A stretch of 64,000 nucleotides of DNA. Origin: Candidatus Woesearchaeota archaeon (GTDB lineage: Archaea > Nanobdellota > Nanobdellia > Woesearchaeales > ARS49). The stretch's first letter is position 1. Each line of letters opens with the position of its first letter. Below are positions 58,344-64,000 of this stretch, piece by piece. A program made the translations under genes and the position numbers. The stretch covers positions 16,893 to 80,892 of the forward strand of contig JAWABQ010000002.1 in the NCBI GenBank assembly GCA_038884575.1. Direction: 5' to 3'. Below the pieces are notes generated by a model, which saw only the letters and a program-made list of their open reading frames with translations, was not told the DNA's origin and did not search any database.

Positions 58344-60069
58344 GCGCGCCCTCACAAACATCCGAGTAATAATCCTGATAGCATTCATACTTTTCATGCT
58401 GTTCGCGCTTAGGCCAGAGCCATGGAACAAGGGGGTAATGATAAAGAGCGTTGTTAAGGACAGCTCTGCAGCACTTGCCGGCATTGCAAGCCCCAAGCCG
58501 ACAGCATCGCCCTTGTCAAAAGAAGTCATCCTGTCGATGAACAACAGGCCAATAACAAATGTTGATGATTATTATGCATTTACAAAAACCCTGAGAATCA
58601 ACCAGACTATACAGGTAAAGACAAGCAAGAACAGCTACAAGCTTATTACAAAGGAGGCATTCAGGACAATAACACTGAATGAGACAGAAAAAAAGAATAT
58701 CACAGAGACTATAGAGGTTAATGAGACAATAAACGGCACAATAACCCCTGTCAACAAGACGATAACAAAAGAAATAATTGCAAACAAGACAATGCAGGAA
58801 TCGCTTGGAGTTGAAGACATCGGGTTAAGGGTTGACAATGCCCCAAAAACAAACCTCAGGAAGGGGCTTGACCTGCAGGGCGGAACAAGGGTTTTACTGA
58901 GGCCTGCAGAGGCTGTAACCACAGACGTACTTGACATAATTGTTGACAACCTCAAGGAAAGGCTGAATGTTTACGGCCTGAGCGACATTGTAGTCACAAC
59001 AGTGCAGGACAAGCCAGGATTCCTTGGCGAGCCCAACAGGTTCATACTTGTCGAAATAGCAGGGGCGACAGAAGAGGAAGTCAAGGATTTGCTTGCAAGG
59101 CAGGGCAAATTTGAGGCAACAGTAGGGAACAAGACAGTATTCCGCGGAGGACAGGACATCACATACGTGTGCCGCACTGCAGAATGCAGCGGTCTTGACC
59201 CAAGAAGGGGCTGCGGCAGGTCTGACAGCGGATGGGCATGCAGCTTCATGTTCAGCATTGCACTGAGCCCTGAAGCAGCACAGCGCCAGGCTGAAGCCAC
59301 AAAGGACCTGAAGATAATCACTGAGCGCGGCGGAAACTACCTGAGCGAAAAGCTTATGCTTTACCTGGATGACCAGCTTGTTGACGAGCTTAGCATTGCT
59401 GACGACCTAAGGGGAAGGGCAGTCACAGACATTGCAATCACAGGCGGAGGGTCTGGCGCCACCCATGAGGAGGCTGCAAGGGCAACGCTTCAGAGCATGA
59501 AGCGCCTGCAGACAATCCTAATCACAGGAAGCCTGCCTGTCAAGCTTGAGATTGTGCGCATAGACACCATATCGCCAACGCTTGGCTCGCAGTTTATCAA
59601 GAATGCATGGATGGCAGGGTTGATTGCAGTGGCAGTGGTCACTGCAATCCTTGTGTTTGCCTACAGGAAGATAAAAATTGCCCTGCCAATAATCGGTTGC
59701 TCGCTTGCCGAAGTCACATTGACGATGGGGATGTATGCCCTGTTTGGCTGGAATCTTGACCTTGCAGCAATTGCAGGGCTGATTGTTGCGGTTGGAATAG
59801 GCGTTAATGACCAGATCGTCATAATGGATGAGGCGCTCAGAAAAGAGATGGAAAAGGCAGCATACAACTGGAAGGAGCGGCTCAAGCGCGCATTCTTCAT
59901 AATATTCAGCGCGTACTTCACAGTCGTGGTTGCAATGCTGCCCCTGCTCTTTGCCGGCGCAGGGCTGCTGAAGGGATTTGCGCTCACAACAATAATAGGC
60001 GCAACAATCGGCGTATTAATCACAAGGCCTGCTTATGCATTTGTGATACAGCTCCTTTACGAGGAATAA
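58330..60069 (+). CDS. secD: protein-export membrane protein SecD
   Basis: Start MGKLKRALTN overlaps secF by 14 nt. It has a large periplasmic-type loop and C-terminal six TM helices. Confidence 0.7.
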   Translation: MGKLKRALTNIRVIILIAFILFMLFALRPEPWNKGVMIKSVVKDSSAALAGIASPKPTASPLSKEVILSMNNRPITNVDDYYAFTKTLRINQTIQVKTSKNSYKLITKEAFRTITLNETEKKNITETIEVNETINGTITPVNKTITKEIIANKTMQESLGVEDIGLRVDNAPKTNLRKGLDLQGGTRVLLRPAEAVTTDVLDIIVDNLKERLNVYGLSDIVVTTVQDKPGFLGEPNRFILVEIAGATEEEVKDLLARQGKFEATVGNKTVFRGGQDITYVCRTAECSGLDPRRGCGRSDSGWACSFMFSIALSPEAAQRQAEATKDLKIITERGGNYLSEKLMLYLDDQLVDELSIADDLRGRAVTDIAITGGGSGATHEEAARATLQSMKRLQTILITGSLPVKLEIVRIDTISPTLGSQFIKNAWMAGLIAVAVVTAILVFAYRKIKIALPIIGCSLAEVTLTMGMYALFGWNLDLAAIAGLIVAVGIGVNDQIVIMDEALRKEMEKAAYNWKERLKRAFFIIFSAYFTVVVAMLPLLFAGAGLLKGFALTTIIGATIGVLITRPAYAFVIQLLYEE

Positions 60070-60071
60070 TA

Positions 60072-60431
60072 ATGGCAACAAAGGCAAGCTCAATAATCCT
60101 TGTGGCACTTTGCACCATACTGACATCAATTGCCCAAGTGCTTTGGAAATTTGCAGCAGACTCAGGCGGAATACCGGCAATGCTCCAGAGCTGGCAGCTA
60201 TGGGCAGGGTTCGGGCTTTATGGCATCGGGGCTGCAGTCCTGATAAGGTCATTCAAGGAAGGCGAAGTCTCAGTGGTCTATCCTGTAATTGCCTCAAGCT
60301 ACATATGGGTCGCACTGCTTTCCAACCATTACTTTTCAGAGCCGATAAACACTTTCAAATGGCTTGGCATTGCCACAATAGTGCTGGGCATCACTGTGCT
60401 TGGCACCGGAAATGTGAGGGTGAAGCGATGA
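60072..60431 (+). CDS. EamA-like half-transporter (4-TM DMT/SMR-like), subunit 1
   Basis: 119 aa with four predicted TM helices, ATGA-coupled to its paralog. Confidence 0.5.
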   Translation: MATKASSIILVALCTILTSIAQVLWKFAADSGGIPAMLQSWQLWAGFGLYGIGAAVLIRSFKEGEVSVVYPVIASSYIWVALLSNHYFSEPINTFKWLGIATIVLGITVLGTGNVRVKR

Positions 60432-60802
60432 CAACAGCGCTGTGGGCTGCAGGGCTTGTAATTCTTGGCACTTTTATTGGCGCAGGAGGGCCTATTTTGT
60501 TCAAGAAAGGCAGCGCCACGTTCAGCCTTGACCCGCGCAAAATCCTCAAAAACCCGCTGATACTGTTCAGGAACTATTATGTCCTTCTCGGCTGCCTGCT
60601 TTACAGCATATCGTCATTCATTTTTATCCCTGCGCTGCGCGGCGGCGAGCTCTCTGTGCTTTACCCGCTTGTCTCGCTCAGCTACATCTGGGTTTCCCTG
60701 CTCAGCGTGAAATTCCTTGGCGAGCGGATGAACCTCACAAAAATCACAGGAATCGCGCTCATAATCATCGGCGTGTCGCTCATTGGCATCGGAAGCACAT
60801 GA
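60428..60802 (+). CDS. EamA-like half-transporter, subunit 2
   Basis: Start MTTALWAAG. A 4-TM paralog of the preceding gene, likely forming a heterodimeric DMT. Confidence 0.5.
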   Translation: MTTALWAAGLVILGTFIGAGGPILFKKGSATFSLDPRKILKNPLILFRNYYVLLGCLLYSISSFIFIPALRGGELSVLYPLVSLSYIWVSLLSVKFLGERMNLTKITGIALIIIGVSLIGIGST

Positions 60803-61875
60803 CAAAAACCGAAATTACATCCTTTGACCTGCATTTCCTTCTCACAGAGCTTCAGCCGCTGGTCGGGACAAGGCTTGACAAGATTTACGTGCTTGGGGAC
60901 CGCGGCGTTTTAATCACGTTTGGCAACAAAAAAATGCTCCAGGCAGGGCCAGGAAAGCTCTGGCTGCCTGCTGAAAAGCCGCAAACGCCAGAACAGATAC
61001 ATCCTTTTGCAGCCCAGATGAGGAAACTGATAGGAAACAGCAAAGTTGAAAGGATAGAACAGGTTTGCTCGGAAAGAATACTCGCAATCCACATTATGAG
61101 GTCGGGAAAGAGTTTTGTCCTGTTCATTGAAATCTTTGGGAGGGGAAACATAATCCTTTGCGACAGCACAGGAATTGTAATGGCCGCCCTTGCCCTTAAT
61201 GACAGGGTGCAGCGCGGAAAGCCGTACCAATTGCCAAAGAGCATTGACACTTTCCACCTTGACGGAAAGCAGTTTTGTGAAAAATTCCTGGAAAGCAGGG
61301 ACAATGTCTCAAAAACACTTGCTGCAGGACTTGGGCTTGGAAAAATCCTTGCAGAGGAGCTTTGCGTAAGGTGCGGAATATCAACAGCAGAAAAGCCGAC
61401 AGCAGGACATGCTGATGAGATTTATCATGAACTGCAGAAAATGCTTTCACAGACGCCATCTCCGCAGATTATTTACGAGGGAAGCATTCTTGCTGATGCA
61501 ACCCCTGTGCCTTTCCAGTGCTATGCAACAAAAAAGCGCGAAAACATTGAAAGCTTTGGAGCAGCGCTTGCAAGGATATTTGCCCTGCCGGCAGAGGCAG
61601 TGAAGGAGCAAAAGACAGCGCCAGTGCAGGAAAAGCTCAAAAAAATAGAGACAATGATACAAATGCAGGAGCAGAGCCTTGCCAGGCTGCAGGAAAAGGC
61701 AGAGGAAGAGCGCAAAAAAGGCGAATACATTTACGAGCACTATCAGGAAATCAAAAAACTTCTTGACGAGATAATTGAGGCAAAGAAAAAACTGAGCTGG
61801 AAGGAAGTAAAGGCAAAATTCCCGCAAATACAAGAAATAAACGAAGCTACAGGCGATATTGTTGTAGAAATTTAA
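60799..61875 (+). CDS. NFACT-N domain protein (Rqc2/FbpA-like), short form
   Basis: 358 aa. The N-terminal NFACT-N-like region (FDLHFLLTELQPLVGTRLDKIY...LFIEIFGRGNIIL) and the HhH-like segment are followed by a coiled coil. No NFACT-R region is evident. Confidence 0.5.
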   Translation: MTKTEITSFDLHFLLTELQPLVGTRLDKIYVLGDRGVLITFGNKKMLQAGPGKLWLPAEKPQTPEQIHPFAAQMRKLIGNSKVERIEQVCSERILAIHIMRSGKSFVLFIEIFGRGNIILCDSTGIVMAALALNDRVQRGKPYQLPKSIDTFHLDGKQFCEKFLESRDNVSKTLAAGLGLGKILAEELCVRCGISTAEKPTAGHADEIYHELQKMLSQTPSPQIIYEGSILADATPVPFQCYATKKRENIESFGAALARIFALPAEAVKEQKTAPVQEKLKKIETMIQMQEQSLARLQEKAEEERKKGEYIYEHYQEIKKLLDEIIEAKKKLSWKEVKAKFPQIQEINEATGDIVVEI

Positions 61876-61947
61876 TTTCCATTATCGCTGGCACCGCGAC
61901 TGTAAGGAGCCGTATCTTGTATCTGTTTGTTATTAATGAAAGAGTTA

Positions 61948-62060
61948 GGTGGACAGCTTACCCGATTTCCCGCGCAATGCAGTACAGTCGGGTACGGAGG
62001 CTGGTTTAACTGCCGAGTTCGAATGGGATCGGGTGGGACCCAGCCCCTATGACCGTCCGA
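61948..62060 (-). rRNA. rrf: 5S ribosomal RNA
   Basis: The reverse complement GGACGGTCATAGGGGCTGGGTCCCACCCGATCCCATTCGAACTCGGCAGTTAAACCAGCCTCCGTACCCGACTGTACTGCATTGCGCGGGAAATCGGGTAAGCTGTCC matches the archaeal 5S consensus, with helix I closing. Confidence 0.8.
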
Positions 62061-62102
62061 AATGAAAACACTATGGGCGGTTTATAAAGCTTACGCCTTT
62101 TT

Positions 62103-62966
62103 TTATCTTGGGTAAATGTACAGCGCAATAAATGTCACGATTGCCCAGAGGAGCATTCCAATCATCATTTTTGCATCCTTAAACACAAGCTCAGGATGCC
62201 TTGCAATCGGAGAACCCGAATAAATCAATGAGAAATACCTGAAAATAACAAACAAAGCAAAAGGAAGAGAGAACGCGAGCTGAGGATGGGTGCCGAGCAA
62301 AGCAAATGCTCCGTATGCAAGTATTAGCAGTGCTGTTGCAACAATCATCAATGCATTTGCTATCTCTTTTGTGTAAACCTTGAGTGTTTCCTTGTGCATT
62401 CCTGCCTTTGAGCCAAGGAATGCAAGGTCAGCATAACGCTTTCCTGCCAGCAAAAACAGTGCGAAAAAGAAAGTGCACAAGACAAGCCATGGCGAGATTG
62501 TTACCCCAATAATGAATGTTCCTGAGACTGCGCGCACAACAAAATTAATTGCTACAGCAAGAATGTCTGCAAAAGCCACATTCTTCAACAGGAACGAATA
62601 TAGCTGGGTGAGGACCACGATGAATCCTGCTGCATAAAAGAAATCCCTGTTGAGCCGCAAAGCAAGCCAAAGGCCTGCAATAAGGAGAATAATTCCCCAA
62701 ATGAACGCTGCAAAGACAGGAATTTTTCCTGCAGCAATTGGCCTTTTTCGCTTTTCAGGATGAGCCCTATCCTTTTTCCTGTCAACAATGTCATTGATTA
62801 TGTAATTGAAAGACGAGCAAAGGCACAAGCTCACAAAACCAAGGAAAGTCACCCAGAGAAGTCCGGGCTCCATTACTTTGCCAACAAAAATTATTGGCAG
62901 GAAGACAAGCAAATTCTTGTACCACTGCAAAGGCCTGAGCACTTTGATATAATCAATAATTCCCAT
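62103..62966 (-). CDS. UbiA-family prenyltransferase (likely DGGGP synthase-like)
   Basis: 287 aa, polytopic, with NDIVDRKKDRAH (the NDxxDxxxD motif). Confidence 0.65.
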   Translation of the reverse strand: MGIIDYIKVLRPLQWYKNLLVFLPIIFVGKVMEPGLLWVTFLGFVSLCLCSSFNYIINDIVDRKKDRAHPEKRKRPIAAGKIPVFAAFIWGIILLIAGLWLALRLNRDFFYAAGFIVVLTQLYSFLLKNVAFADILAVAINFVVRAVSGTFIIGVTISPWLVLCTFFFALFLLAGKRYADLAFLGSKAGMHKETLKVYTKEIANALMIVATALLILAYGAFALLGTHPQLAFSLPFALFVIFRYFSLIYSGSPIARHPELVFKDAKMMIGMLLWAIVTFIALYIYPR

Positions 62967-63044
62967 ATACTTTGCAACTTTTATGGGGTTTATTAAGGTT
63001 GTGCTGACGATAACTTTATAAATCGTTCAAAGGTCGTCAAAACA

Positions 63045-64000
63045 ATGCGGGTGTTCATACTTGGGGGCGGACTCTCAGGACTGGCTGCTGCTGACAAGCT
63101 CCTTGATTCAGGAAAGGCAGAAGTCACAATCCTTGAGAAGATGCAATTCCTTGGGGGGCTTGCCAGAAGCGTTGAGGTTGATGGAGAGCTTATCCCGATA
63201 TTCAACCACCACATTGTGCGCACAAACAAGAAGACGCTTGAATACCTGAGAAGGTATGATTTGCTTGGCAATAACACATGGAAGCGCATAAACCTTGCAG
63301 TTGCGTGGAAAAACAGGGTTTACAACATCAATAAGCCCTGGAAATATCTGCGGTTCAGCTACCTTAACCTTATTGAGAAGATAAGGTTTGGCATTTTCGG
63401 GCTTTATGTCTCATATTTATTCAATCCAGACAGGCTTCCTGACAGCCTTGATGCAGAAACCTGGCTGAACAAGGCATGCGGAAGGGCTGTAACGCAGAAA
63501 ATGCATTACCAGCTCTATGCAAGGAACAAGTTCAACATCCCGCTGAGCCAGATTTCGGCAAAGCAGTTTGCGCACAGGATGAAAGAAAGGGAATTCAATG
63601 ACAAGTTCACTTATCCGATGCGCGGAATACAGGGGCTGATTGACGGCTTAGAGCAGGACGTGCTGAGGAAAGGGGGAAAAATAATCAGGAAGGCAGATAC
63701 GACCCACATCGACGTCCAGAAGCGCGTAATCACATACAAGGTAGGCGGCAAAGAGCACTCAGAAGTCTATGACGCACTCATTAACACGATTCCGGTTGAG
63801 GAATTCCTTAAGTTCACAAAAGGGATTCCAAAAGAATATTCTGACAACCTCAAAAAGCTAAAGTACACGCCTGTTGTCGGCATTTTGTTCGGGACAAAAG
63901 ACTATCTTGACCCTGAAAATTACTGGATAAACTTCTTTGGGGAGCGCGTGCATGTAATGTACCAGCACTCACTCCTTGTTGACAAGTACAGGACAAAAAT
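63045..64000 (+). CDS. FAD-dependent oxidoreductase (amine oxidase / phytoene-desaturase-like), partial at window end
   Basis: My translation from the ATG at 63045 gives MRVFILGGGLSGLAAADKLL...VTILEK...GGLA, a Rossmann GxGxxG FAD-binding motif. It runs off the window. Confidence 0.6.
   Translation, partial: MRVFILGGGLSGLAAADKLLDSGKAEVTILEKMQFLGGLARSVEVDGELIPIFNHHIVRTNKKTLEYLRRYDLLGNNTWKRINLAVAWKNRVYNINKPWKYLRFSYLNLIEKIRFGIFGLYVSYLFNPDRLPDSLDAETWLNKACGRAVTQKMHYQLYARNKFNIPLSQISAKQFAHRMKEREFNDKFTYPMRGIQGLIDGLEQDVLRKGGKIIRKADTTHIDVQKRVITYKVGGKEHSEVYDALINTIPVEEFLKFTKGIPKEYSDNLKKLKYTPVVGILFGTKDYLDPENYWINFFGERVHVMYQHSLLVDKYRTK

Noticed and set aside
1-64000. CRISPR arrays, 16S/23S rRNA, integrases and transposases
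   Set aside because: I saw no regularly spaced direct repeats, no large rRNA signature blocks, and no integrase or transposase motifs on either strand.

Overview
This is a compact, gene-dense archaeal chromosome segment of about 50% GC. Coding density, many ATGA stop/start overlaps, many small proteins and intron-containing tRNAs suggest a small-genome (possibly DPANN-like) archaeon, but lineage is only an inference. Most genes are information-processing: a partial Hef helicase, PCNA, aRNase J, a DnaG primase, GyrA, topoisomerase VI B and A subunits, the ScpB condensin subunit, LeuRS, TrpRS, the ribosome-recycling ATPase ABCE1, CTP synthase, SecD/SecF, Sec61-beta, NAC-alpha, Rio1 kinase with its KH-domain partner aDim2, and the conserved ribosomal-protein/RNA-polymerase block S13-S4-S11-RpoD-L18e-L13-S9-RpoN. 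RNA genes I could support are RNase P RNA, SRP (7S) RNA, a stand-alone 5S rRNA and seven tRNAs: Gly-CCC, Leu-CAA, His-GTG with G-1 and an intron, Leu-GAG, Cys-GCA, Thr-CGT, and one 112-nt tRNA whose anticodon I could not resolve. Accessory content includes a free-standing LAGLIDADG homing endonuclease between that tRNA and tRNA-Cys, a HerA-like DUF87 ATPase, a presenilin homolog, two M50 protease paralogs (one with a degenerate active site), glycosyltransferase-family-9/radical-SAM-like glycan genes, an L-lactate permease (LctP) and an MscL channel. The regions most worth a second look are a tandem triplet of paralogous small coiled-coil proteins with no family I can name (12041-13266), the tRNA/homing-endonuclease locus (44071-45101), a candidate divergent kleisin coupled to an ScpB with a roughly 250-aa acidic tail (13880-15675), an archaeal gyrA with a repeated TCGACGA motif upstream, a 31-residue tandem-repeat protein, and several small genes missed by the ORF track (Sec61-beta and two zinc ribbons). 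No CRISPR array and no 16S/23S rRNA are present.
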